DNA of 64,000 nt from Candidatus Bathyarchaeia archaeon. GTDB lineage: Archaea > Thermoproteota > Bathyarchaeia > Bathyarchaeales > Bathycorpusculaceae. Every line of letters starts with the position of its first letter. Position 1 is the stretch's first letter. This document shows positions 1 through 8,784 of this stretch, piece by piece. Position numbers and translations under genes: made by a program. The stretch is taken from contig JBEKWR010000002.1 in assembly GCA_049512935.1 (NCBI GenBank), forward strand, positions 96,001 to 160,000. Reading direction: 5' to 3'. A model generated the notes under the pieces. It was not told where the DNA came from. It worked only from the letters and a program-made list of their open reading frames with translations, and ran no database searches.

Positions 1-1469
1 TCGGTATTTTTCAATAATGCGGATGCAAATTCAACATACGAGATACATCCACCATTGCATAGCTCATGGAAGGGGCCTTCGAACCGCAACTTTTCTTTCG
101 GATGTAAACCCGAGTCGACTTTGGTGTGGAAGGAGTTTGTGTAAAATCCCTTTTTAGACGCGTCATTGCCATAAATGTCATTGTCGATGGATGGAAATCT
201 TCCAGAAACAAATTCGGCTGAAGTACCCAACAAGGAGAAGTTTAAGTTGCATTCTTTCCGGTACTTGTCCACCACATCTCTCATATGTCTGGCAATATCT
301 ATGGCAATCGCATGGTTTTCCTCGGAGGCGTAGTATTCATGCCCAGTCAGGAGTTCCACCGTTTCTGATAACCCTATGAATCCAATAGCGAGGGTCCCAT
401 TTTTGAAGACTTCTTCCAATGAGCCATTCGCAGGGAAGTCGTTTGCCCAGAGTTTGAACCTGAGATTGCAGGGAAAATCATCTGAGTCTAGCCTTAGTAG
501 CCTGTTGTATCTGTCAATTAGGAGGTCTCTAACGATGTCAGCGGTCTTGTCCCATTCCTCCTTGAACATGTGGATCTTTTCAGCGGCATTAATCCCTGGG
601 TATGACTTGTCTATCTCGAGGGCAATTCTCGGAAGGTTGATAGTGGTGAAGGCGATGTTGCCGCGACCTATGGCGGTGTTCTCGCCGAAGAGGTTATGTA
701 CGACCCTTGTCCTGCACCCCATGATTGCCAGGTAGTGGGGATTGATGTTTTCATTGGGCTTGGAGTCGCAGAGCAGGTAGGTTGGTATCATCTTCTTGCA
801 GGTTGACTCTACCGAGAGGCGGAACAGGTCAAAGTTGGGATCATCAGGCAAGTAGTTGACACCTTTCTTCACCTTGAAGATAATATTTGGTTTAATGCAT
901 TCCATGGATGAGTCTTTGAAATGGTTCAATACTGAAGAGGTCACGAGCCTGGCGACCTTCCCCGTTCCGAGACCTATATTAAGCGAAACATAGTAACCGG
1001 TTTCTCCGGCTCTTTCCCTTGCCCGGTTTATCCAGTCAATGAACGCTACAATGGATTCGCTTAGAATCTGAAGGTTAGACTCAGTATCCGTGAGACCTAG
1101 TCTGTGGAACAGGGTCTCTACCTCTTCATCAAAGTTTGGAAAACCCATTCCGCCTGATTGTTCATTAGCAAGTTTTGCGATGACATCTTTGAAGTGGTCA
1201 AAAATTCCGAATATTCGGCTTGGCTCTGACACGCCATGGAGCCTGTCGAAAGGGAATCCGTTAATTGTGTTGAGCATAAGACAATTGTAGGTTTGCCCGT
1301 ACGCCTCGATGTTGTGAATGTGTATCTTCCCTTCACGGTGCAAGGTTGAGAACCTTGGGTCTAAGCTATTTAGGACCTCGCGCTTTCTGAGGTCTGCCCC
1401 CACCTCAAACACTGCTCCCATGAAAGATTTGCGCCTAGACGCATTATCAAACTTTGTTCCCTTAGACAT
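1..1469 (-). CDS. nrdD: Class III anaerobic ribonucleoside-triphosphate reductase, 3' end outside window (not in ORF track)
   Basis: Manual translation from ATG 1469: [11 protein letters not shown]...[18 protein letters not shown]...NEQSGG...[23 protein letters not shown]...MGCRTRV...[14 protein letters not shown], typical NrdD motifs; start overlaps the nrdG stop. Confidence 0.9.
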   Translation of the reverse strand, partial: MSKGTKFDNASRRKSFMGAVFEVGADLRKREVLNSLDPRFSTLHREGKIHIHNIEAYGQTYNCLMLNTINGFPFDRLHGVSEPSRIFGIFDHFKDVIAKLANEQSGGMGFPNFDEEVETLFHRLGLTDTESNLQILSESIVAFIDWINRARERAGETGYYVSLNIGLGTGKVARLVTSSVLNHFKDSSMECIKPNIIFKVKKGVNYLPDDPNFDLFRLSVESTCKKMIPTYLLCDSKPNENINPHYLAIMGCRTRVVHNLFGENTAIGRGNIAFTTINLPRIALEIDKSYPGINAAEKIHMFKEEWDKTADIVRDLLIDRYNRLLRLDSDDFPCNLRFKLWANDFPANGSLEEVFKNGTLAIGFIGLSETVELLTGHEYYASEENHAIAIDIARHMRDVVDKYRKECNLNFSLLGTSAEFVSGRFPSIDNDIYGNDASKKGFYTNSFHTKVDSGLHPKEKLRFEGPFHELCNGGCISYVEFASALLKNT

Positions 1470-1908
1470 TCGCGTCCCCCAGCTCAATGAACTTCTGGTT
1501 GGAAGAGCCGACGTAGGGAATTGTTGTCGAACGTTTTTCTTGAAGGTATTTTCCCACTTTTATGTGTCTCAAGTATTTCATTATTTCCTTTGGTACCTGC
1601 TCGAGCTCGAAACCCGTGTAAAGCGCAATGTCAAAATCTGCAAGATTACGCACTAATTCGAGCACAGCTTGGTATTGTAATAGCGGTTCTCCTCCTGATA
1701 TTGTGAGTTTCTTGTTAAGCGACTTCGTGCGCAGCTCTTCAATGAGTTGCTCTGTATCAATGGTCTTCCCATTACTGATATCCCATGTAGAAGGGTTGTG
1801 GCAACCTCGACAGCTCAACTCGCAGCCTTGAACAAAGAGCACCGTCCTTATTCCCGGACCGTCTACCGTTGAGCCCCTGTAGTCAATCGAGTTAACCACG
1901 ATCTTCAT
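1462..1908 (-). CDS. nrdG: Anaerobic RNR activating enzyme (radical SAM)
   Basis: [24 protein letters not shown] (CxxxCxxC), TISGGEP, C-terminal GSSNQK. Confidence 0.92.
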   Translation of the reverse strand: MKIVVNSIDYRGSTVDGPGIRTVLFVQGCELSCRGCHNPSTWDISNGKTIDTEQLIEELRTKSLNKKLTISGGEPLLQYQAVLELVRNLADFDIALYTGFELEQVPKEIMKYLRHIKVGKYLQEKRSTTIPYVGSSNQKFIELGDANV

Positions 1909-1993
1909 ATATTTCGCTTCTTCTCTAACGAAATTTCGTAAATAGAACTATGGGCACTCTTTGATTAATATCTGATTGTTGTGAAGCCCTGTG

Positions 1994-2674
1994 TTATTTG
2001 AGAAGCATACAAGTTTCGGAAACCCATGCAAAATAAAGGTCAATTTCATCGATTCGTTTTGCAAGATAAGCCTTATTGGGAAAGGCCTTTATCCCGAACA
2101 AAGCCACAAATTTTGAGTAGTCACCAAACCACTTAGAGTCTTTGCTAAAAGAATGAATAAGCATCACTGCTGTTGAGGCGCCAAACCGTTTAGCTTCTAT
2201 AAGAGCGGAGGCTGCGCGATGAGTAAATTGGTAACGCACGTCTTGAAAATCGCGGAAGCGTATCCCAAGAAGACCGCTAAGGAAATCGAGTCGTCTAGTC
2301 TTGCCCTTTGAAGGTGTATTCAGCCACTCAGCAATGGTTTCTCCAAAAGGTTCGGATACTTTTCCTTCAACGGCTATAACGGCTAGGCCTTTTTTGAGTC
2401 TGGCTAACACAAGAATATCGTTCTGAGAAGGATGCCCACCACCAGGCAGGTATACTTTATGCTCGACAAATCCAGCGAGAAACTGTATCGGAATAAAGGC
2501 TTCATTTTCGCATAAAATATTCTCCACTGACTTAGGCAGCCCTTTTGCATTCATCCAGCAATAGGCTAATGTTTTAGCGGAGTATCCATCTTTCCATTGT
2601 CTGTCTGGCTCTGCTAGAAATAATTGCCAATCTTCCGGTTTCGAAGTTCTAACAAAGAAGGCCATCCTATGCAA
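1994..2674 (-). CDS. DUF6946-like protein, PD-(D/E)XK nuclease-like
   Basis: QWKDGYSAKTLAYCW, SQNDILV...VEGKVSEPFG (D...ExK), RYQFTHRAASA. Confidence 0.65.
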   Translation of the reverse strand: MHRMAFFVRTSKPEDWQLFLAEPDRQWKDGYSAKTLAYCWMNAKGLPKSVENILCENEAFIPIQFLAGFVEHKVYLPGGGHPSQNDILVLARLKKGLAVIAVEGKVSEPFGETIAEWLNTPSKGKTRRLDFLSGLLGIRFRDFQDVRYQFTHRAASALIEAKRFGASTAVMLIHSFSKDSKWFGDYSKFVALFGIKAFPNKAYLAKRIDEIDLYFAWVSETCMLLK

Positions 2675-2721
2675 CCCAGTGAAATGATAACCAAGGTATT
2701 GTGTGAATGAAGGAAATAACG

Positions 2722-3699
2722 TTATCTGGAAAACACATTGTCTGGATCATACCCAAACCTTTTGAAGGATTCAAGCCTTAGCATCCAGGCAAAATAAAAG
2801 TATTCGTCAGCTAAGGCATCGGCAATGGGGTGAATAGCAACCACACCTGCCGATTGAGTGAAATGATCCCCATGCGTTACTGCCCTAACAGAAGACCTAC
2901 CATTTTCTAGTGCAAACTTGCCGTCATAGATGTGATGAATTGTCCACCCATGGTTAATGTCTCTACGGTTAGGTCGTTCTCCACCAGCAAGTAAATATGA
3001 CATAATCGCCGGTCCGTTCGTTCTTGTATCGACTAGGATTCCTTTTTCCTTGAACTTTCGAATTAACTCAGGTGAATAAGGAGGGGCCTTATCCTTTGGT
3101 CTAACTAGACCTGGAATTAGCAAGATGCCTTCTTTGGCCCATTTTATGTAGTCATCCTTGTTAGACCAAACTTCCAATATTATTTTCCGTTCAGATGGAG
3201 TAACTAGATCCAGTTTCTTTTGCAGAAATTCGGTGAATTGCTTTTCACCCATAAAAGAGATAGCCGCGCTTTGGGGTTGCTTTAGTAATTTGGGCTCAGG
3301 TTGCTGCATTGGAACCTGCTTTTGGCTGGTTAGACTTTTGCCAAGCATATCCCATCTATCTTTGTATCCCAAGATGAATTGCGATAATTCATGACTAAGG
3401 TCGAATGGTTGCCTCCAGGTGTATCTGCTGTTAGCGTATGCAGACGTTTGCCGTTTATTGAAAACAAATGGAAAATTGAAAAAACCATTAGCAGGCACTA
3501 CGCACGTTGGTCCTCCAGCCTTGGAGTAATCAAAAATTAAACAATAGTAATCCTTCCAAGCCTCGTCCCAACAAACCCAAATTTTGCCGTTCCTGAATTC
3601 CCTAGCGACGACTTGAACGATCTTGTCTCCATTAACCCAGTTGGTTTCTCGGTTTCTTTTATAGCCACGAGATAAGAGTTCGCTTTCAATTTTTTGCAC
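2722..3699 (-). CDS. Two-domain hypothetical protein with HNH-like C-terminal region
   Basis: Probable start GTG 3699 after GGAGG (ORF track 3753); C-terminal GWTIHHIYD...HFTQSAGVVAIHPIAD resembles a beta-beta-alpha-Me motif; Q/P-rich linker. Confidence 0.5.
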   Translation of the reverse strand: MQKIESELLSRGYKRNRETNWVNGDKIVQVVAREFRNGKIWVCWDEAWKDYYCLIFDYSKAGGPTCVVPANGFFNFPFVFNKRQTSAYANSRYTWRQPFDLSHELSQFILGYKDRWDMLGKSLTSQKQVPMQQPEPKLLKQPQSAAISFMGEKQFTEFLQKKLDLVTPSERKIILEVWSNKDDYIKWAKEGILLIPGLVRPKDKAPPYSPELIRKFKEKGILVDTRTNGPAIMSYLLAGGERPNRRDINHGWTIHHIYDGKFALENGRSSVRAVTHGDHFTQSAGVVAIHPIADALADEYFYFAWMLRLESFKRFGYDPDNVFSR

Positions 3700-3710
3700 T
3701 TTTTTGCCTC

Positions 3711-6700
3711 CTAGTCGCATAAGCATTTGTAGTCGCATTGGGTGCATTCCCATGTGCCTTTTTTGGGCTCAAACGCTGCTGCCTTAATTTTAGCTGCCAT
3801 ATCTGCGATTTCGGCTTGCATAGCATCAATGGCTTGTTTTTCAGGTTCGAAAAACACTTTTTCGTTTGAGCGCAAGAACCAGTTTCCGACCTTCAATGGA
3901 TTGCCATCCGGATAGATCTCTTTGACGGCAAGCGCGTAAACTAGCATCTGCATGTCCTTTTTGAGTTCATTTAGCGATGGCGCCTTCTTGCTGGTCTTAT
4001 AATCAACTACGGTGAAGCCGGATCCGTCCTTGTCGATGCGGTCAATTCGTCCTCTTAGTTTAACGTCGCCGATGGATGTTTCAAACCAGCGTTCAATATC
4101 TACGATCTCCGTCGTGCTTTTTCCTTGCTCATCCAGAAAAACCTTCAAAATGGCCTTGGCTTCATCGTAATCTCTCTTTTCATCAATCTTTGATTTGTAG
4201 CCTTTTGGATCCCAGAATTTGGCTAAAAGATCCAGAGCGACTGCCTCGTTGATGTCTGAACCGTATTTTTGCATCCTGGTTAATTGCTCCGCGATACTGT
4301 GAAGCGTGGAACCGAAGTCAAAGTAATATCTGGGCTTTTCAGGAATCTTCATGACATGACGGTACTGGTAGAGCCTGGGGCATTTTTTGTAACCGACAAA
4401 TTGTGATACGCTAAAAACGTGGTCCTCGGTGACTGTAAACGGTAGCTCTTCACAATGCTCAAGTGTTGAGTAGTCAGGTTCAGCTATCTTTTCTATCAAT
4501 TCAGTCTTGATGTTGAGGTTCTTATCGGTTGATTTTGCGTAGAGAAGGACATCTTGGATTGCTTCTTTGAATTTGTTGGTTGTGAGATTAGACATTACTT
4601 GTCTCATGAGGCGTGTTTGTGTTTCGTCTTCTATTGTGGTTGACTCAGTTGGTATTTCTTGAGAGTCAACTTGGTTAAAGACAATGTTTTCATTGTTCTG
4701 ATAGTCTATTTCGGATAGGAATCTTGAGGGTTTTGAGTCGGTCTTATTCTCGCCGTACCGTTTGGCATAAGTTACAATCAGCCTCTCTTTTGCTCGGGTA
4801 ATGGCTACATAGAAGAGCCTTCTCTCTTCTTGGATATGGAGTTCTTTTTCTTCAAATTTGGATTGGATGCCTTTGAGCAGTTCTTTTGGTATGGCGAATT
4901 TGTCCCTTTGATAGGTTGTTGGTAGCCTGCGTTCAATAACGTCTGGAATTATCACTACTGGGTATTGCATGCCTTTGACGCCGTGAATAGTGGAGATGAC
5001 TACGGCTTGTTCCTCGAGGTTCTTTTCTTCGATTTCGAAGTTTGCGGCAAAGGATAGGTAATCAGTGAAGTCTTCGATGTCGTTATTTGGATAAATGCTG
5101 TCAAATTCTTCCGCAAACTCGTAAAACTGGTTTAGAAGCTGGATATTTCGGTCATTTTTAAGCGCTATTTCGTACTTATAGAATTCCCTTTCAAAGAGCA
5201 AAGTGTGGATTAGATCGAGTGTTCGTAGTCTCTTCTTGGATCCAAGCATGTCAGCGAGAGTGTGTTTGACTTGGAGGAACTTGAATTTGTCAACGTCTAT
5301 CTCATTTAGGTGGTCGAAGACTTCGTACAGTGAAAGTTCGTTTTGGTCTGCATAGCAACTGAATTTGCAGATATCTATTTGTTTGATGCTGAAGTTTTGG
5401 CGGTTTAGGATCCTGACGATTTGGGCGTTGCTTTCCAGCGGGTTACTGATTATTTTGAGGTATGCTGAGACGTCTTTTATTATTGGTTCTTGGAAGAATC
5501 CGGTTTCGCCGACAAAATTGAACCGTATTTTTTGTTTTCTGAAGGCTTTTATTATTGGTTCAGCGGTTGCTCTTCGCCTGCACAGAACTGCTATATCTTG
5601 CAGGGGATATTTTTTGAGGAGCTCTTTTACTTCTTCAAGAATATAGTTGGCTTGCGAGCTGTCGGTTGGAGTCTCGATGACTTCTACCTTTTCTCCTTCA
5701 GGGTTGTTTGTAAAGAGTCTCTTAATTGTTCTTTCGGGGCTATTTTCTATCAGTTTGTTAGCCACAGCTACTATTTTTTTGATGCTACGGTAATTGTGTT
5801 CCAGCGCTTTTTCGACGTAGTTGGGGAACATTTTTTTGAATTCTGCAATGTTGGTTAGGTATGCGCCTCGAAAGCGGTAGATGCTCTGATCGTCATCTCC
5901 TACTACGGTAATATGGCCGTGCTTGCTAGCGATGAGATAGACAATCTGCAATTGTATGTAATTTGTATCTTGGAATTCGTCAACTATAACAAACCTGAAC
6001 TTTTCTTGATAGTTTCGCAGAACGAGCGGTTTGTTTTTCAGTAGATTGAGTACTGTGCAGAGCATGTCTCCAAAATCTATCATGTTATTTTGGAGTTTGT
6101 AGTCTTCGTAGGCACGATAGATTTTTAGAATATCTTTTAGGTTGTTTAGGTCTTCTTGTGCTTCTTCGTCAAGTGAGGCTTTTTCCTGTTTCCCGATGTA
6201 GTGCTGTATATCGTCTGGGCTTATGGCTTCGTCTTTGCATCTTGAGATGAACTTTCGCATTTCTTCCGCTAAGGTGTAAGGTTCATGATTAAATTCCAAA
6301 TGTTCAATGCCAAATCGGTTAATGTTTTTAGTTAGATAGACCAGTTGAGCGGTGTCTGTGATCACCTTAAAGTTTGCATTAAGTTTAGTGTTTAGAATAT
6401 TGTCTTGGATGACTTGGTTGCAGAACGAATGAAAAGTGGATATGCTCAGGTCCTCAGAGGTTTCTAGCATACCCATGACCCTTACTTTAAGTTCCTCTGC
6501 AGCCTTCTGATTAAATGCCAATGCTAGTATGTTCTCGGGTTCTGCACCCTGTTGGATCAAATAGGCGATTTTGCTAGCAACAGTAAGTGTCTTTCCCGAT
6601 CCGGCACCTGCAATTATTAGAAGTGGGTTATCAATTTCTCTTACAGCTTCTTTTTGTTGAGGATTTAAGGAGGCAAATATGTCCTCTGTTGTTTCTGGTA

Positions 6701-6722
6701 ATCGAGAGTTTGCTGATTGCAT
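3711..6722 (-). CDS. UvrD/PcrA-family SF1 helicase fused to RecB-like PD-(D/E)XK nuclease with 4-Cys cluster
   Basis: AGAGSGKT, VDEFQDTN, VGDDDQSIYRFRGA, EERRLFYVAITRAK; C-terminal CPR...GRIDRID...DYKT...Q..Y...CTQCDYKCLC. Confidence 0.92.
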   Translation of the reverse strand: MQSANSRLPETTEDIFASLNPQQKEAVREIDNPLLIIAGAGSGKTLTVASKIAYLIQQGAEPENILALAFNQKAAEELKVRVMGMLETSEDLSISTFHSFCNQVIQDNILNTKLNANFKVITDTAQLVYLTKNINRFGIEHLEFNHEPYTLAEEMRKFISRCKDEAISPDDIQHYIGKQEKASLDEEAQEDLNNLKDILKIYRAYEDYKLQNNMIDFGDMLCTVLNLLKNKPLVLRNYQEKFRFVIVDEFQDTNYIQLQIVYLIASKHGHITVVGDDDQSIYRFRGAYLTNIAEFKKMFPNYVEKALEHNYRSIKKIVAVANKLIENSPERTIKRLFTNNPEGEKVEVIETPTDSSQANYILEEVKELLKKYPLQDIAVLCRRRATAEPIIKAFRKQKIRFNFVGETGFFQEPIIKDVSAYLKIISNPLESNAQIVRILNRQNFSIKQIDICKFSCYADQNELSLYEVFDHLNEIDVDKFKFLQVKHTLADMLGSKKRLRTLDLIHTLLFEREFYKYEIALKNDRNIQLLNQFYEFAEEFDSIYPNNDIEDFTDYLSFAANFEIEEKNLEEQAVVISTIHGVKGMQYPVVIIPDVIERRLPTTYQRDKFAIPKELLKGIQSKFEEKELHIQEERRLFYVAITRAKERLIVTYAKRYGENKTDSKPSRFLSEIDYQNNENIVFNQVDSQEIPTESTTIEDETQTRLMRQVMSNLTTNKFKEAIQDVLLYAKSTDKNLNIKTELIEKIAEPDYSTLEHCEELPFTVTEDHVFSVSQFVGYKKCPRLYQYRHVMKIPEKPRYYFDFGSTLHSIAEQLTRMQKYGSDINEAVALDLLAKFWDPKGYKSKIDEKRDYDEAKAILKVFLDEQGKSTTEIVDIERWFETSIGDVKLRGRIDRIDKDGSGFTVVDYKTSKKAPSLNELKKDMQMLVYALAVKEIYPDGNPLKVGNWFLRSNEKVFFEPEKQAIDAMQAEIADMAAKIKAAAFEPKKGTWECTQCDYKCLCD

Positions 6723-6850
6723 GTCAGTCTTTTAAAAGCGATTCTAAATTTAACTCTTCCCTGAAGACGCTTTTTTCAGGGTTGATTTATCTCGACTATC
6801 GCTTCTCAAAAAGTTTCTAATTAGCGTACAAAGTAAATGCCATAGTCCAA

Positions 6851-7285
6851 TTACACTCTGCAAATTAGTCTGTGGCATTGGTTGGTTTTCATTACCTTGA
6901 CGCCCTTTTTTGCCAGTTCCTTTTTCACGTTACCTTGAAAATCGCTATCCTCTGAAACAAGGATTTTATCAGGAGTTCTTATAGAGACACAAGCGAAACA
7001 ATTATCCATTTCCTGTAAATTGCCAATTTGGAACCCTATCCCCGGTCTCTTTTTTACTTTATTTCTCAATCTCATATTCATAAACCAAGTTATAAGCGTC
7101 TGATTACCATTTAAATGAGGATTGTATTCTCGTTCAACAATTTTTCCTTCGTTATCAACGGCGATAGATTGATTTTGATCATTAAGGATTCGCCAAATTA
7201 ACTCGCTAGCTTCACTGTTGAAATCACTGCCGTGCTTGGGCGTTGCTAATTCCAAAATATTCGTATCAAGAACCAACATCACCAT
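6851..7285 (-). CDS. PIN-domain protein (putative RNase effector)
   Basis: LVLDTNIL N-terminal motif, E in EREY, MDNCF, LVSEDSDF acidic set; overlaps upstream ATPase. Confidence 0.7.
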   Translation of the reverse strand: MVMLVLDTNILELATPKHGSDFNSEASELIWRILNDQNQSIAVDNEGKIVEREYNPHLNGNQTLITWFMNMRLRNKVKKRPGIGFQIGNLQEMDNCFACVSIRTPDKILVSEDSDFQGNVKKELAKKGVKVMKTNQCHRLICRV

Positions 7286-8642
7286 TTTCGACTTCCTCTG
7301 AATGCTTGTTTGTTTGTGCCTTCAGGTGCTGCATGGTTTCTTGCAAGTCAGTTTCAAAAAAACCTGCAGGCCAGTATTCTATGTTTCCGTTTTTATCAAA
7401 ATCAATTCGCTTGACAATTGTGCCGTTTGAATCTAAAGTAAATTCGTACAAAACAATATCTTCCCTTTTCAATTCGCCTTCTGCAATTCTACGCGCAAAT
7501 CTTAGCATCATGTGTTCACTGTGAGTCTCTATTACAGAGGTCTTATCGCTTTTGGCTAGATCAATAAATAAATCAGCTAATTCAGCCTGAGCTTTGGGGT
7601 GAAGGTGTATTTCTGGCTGTTCGATTAGTAGAAGCGTACCCTTCTTAGCCGTTATTCCTTCTGTAACGATCGGCAGTACTTGTGAAATGCCGAAACCAAC
7701 GTCTTTTAAGTTATCGTTAGACCCGGTCCGCATGTTTTTAAGTTCAACTTTCCAGATACTCGCTTTGGGAGAAAGTTTTTCAATCGTTATACTCTCTGCC
7801 ATTTCGAATTTTCTGAACCAGTAATTAATTTTGCGAATATTCTCTTCATACAAGGAATACAAGTAATCTATTGTTTTCTCGCCTCGAAGACCTACGTCTG
7901 AGGGTTTCTCGCCTGAAGATATGTAGTACCTTTTGGGATATTCTCTGAGAGGGCCTAAGTATAAGAGAAATTCTTGGAAATATTCTTCGATTGCATTGGG
8001 ATATCTTCTTAGCCAAAGTTCATTGATCATAACTCCCTTTGTCTCTAAGGGCATAGAAACAGACCACATAAAATGTCTCTGGGTAACGAAAATACGACTT
8101 GTTCTAGGCTCTTGTAGACTTTTATCTGACGAAATTTCAATTGGTGTCTTAAGATCTTTATTGAAGAGGCTGACTATAACCTTATTTTCAACATTAATAA
8201 GGGAATCTGCCTCATTTCGATTCACTTTCAAATCTTTCAGGAAAATTGTTTCGCTTCTCTCGTCATATTTTACTCGGAAAGTGATTGAATGTGGCAAAAA
8301 TCTGGAAATTTCAAAGATAGAACTGTTTTCGCTGCTATTTGGTGCCCTAAGGAGTAGGGCAGAAAAGCCTTTTTTTGAAAAAGTAAGCCCTACCTCAATT
8401 TCATTCTCTATTTTATGTCCGTAAACAACATCTCGGTAACTGCCTAGTTGAACTAATGGTCCTTCTAAGATTAAGGGAGATTTATCGCTGCGACTACTCA
8501 ATGTTTGCTTAAGAGTCGTCAACAGAGAAATTAATGAAGATTTGCCGCTGTTATTTGGACCTATTAACAGTGTAATCGGTTTAATCTCAAATTGCGCATC
8601 GTGCAGCGATCTGAAATTCTTCACCTTAATACCATTCAGCAA
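7266..8642 (-). CDS. ABC-type AAA_15/AAA_21 ATPase with DUF3696-like C-terminus
   Basis: KNFRS, Walker A GPNNSGKS, signature DVGFGISQ, Walker B/D-loop LLIEQPEIHLHP, ETHS, C-terminal WPAGFFE. Confidence 0.88.
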   Translation of the reverse strand: MLNGIKVKNFRSLHDAQFEIKPITLLIGPNNSGKSSLISLLTTLKQTLSSRSDKSPLILEGPLVQLGSYRDVVYGHKIENEIEVGLTFSKKGFSALLLRAPNSSENSSIFEISRFLPHSITFRVKYDERSETIFLKDLKVNRNEADSLINVENKVIVSLFNKDLKTPIEISSDKSLQEPRTSRIFVTQRHFMWSVSMPLETKGVMINELWLRRYPNAIEEYFQEFLLYLGPLREYPKRYYISSGEKPSDVGLRGEKTIDYLYSLYEENIRKINYWFRKFEMAESITIEKLSPKASIWKVELKNMRTGSNDNLKDVGFGISQVLPIVTEGITAKKGTLLLIEQPEIHLHPKAQAELADLFIDLAKSDKTSVIETHSEHMMLRFARRIAEGELKREDIVLYEFTLDSNGTIVKRIDFDKNGNIEYWPAGFFETDLQETMQHLKAQTNKHSEEVENGDVGS

Positions 8643-8719
8643 GAGTCATCACCAAACGACTGTTAGCCTTATTGCCTATCAATTTAACAGTAGGTTTGTT
8701 TTTAATTGTTTCTATAAAG

Positions 8720-8760
8720 GAAAAAAAACCAGCTTTCTAAATCGAACAGTGCAAAAAAAG
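8720..8760 (-). terminator. Oligo-T terminator-like tracts after brxL
   Basis: Two T7-8 runs on the minus strand just downstream of the brxL stop. Confidence 0.4.
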
Positions 8761-8784
8761 GAAGGTTGTTAAGAAAGGGTTTCT

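Noticed and set aside
191-1706. Short plus-strand ORFs here and similar antisense ORFs throughout the window
   Set aside because: Shadow frames opposite well-supported genes such as nrdD/nrdG and BREX
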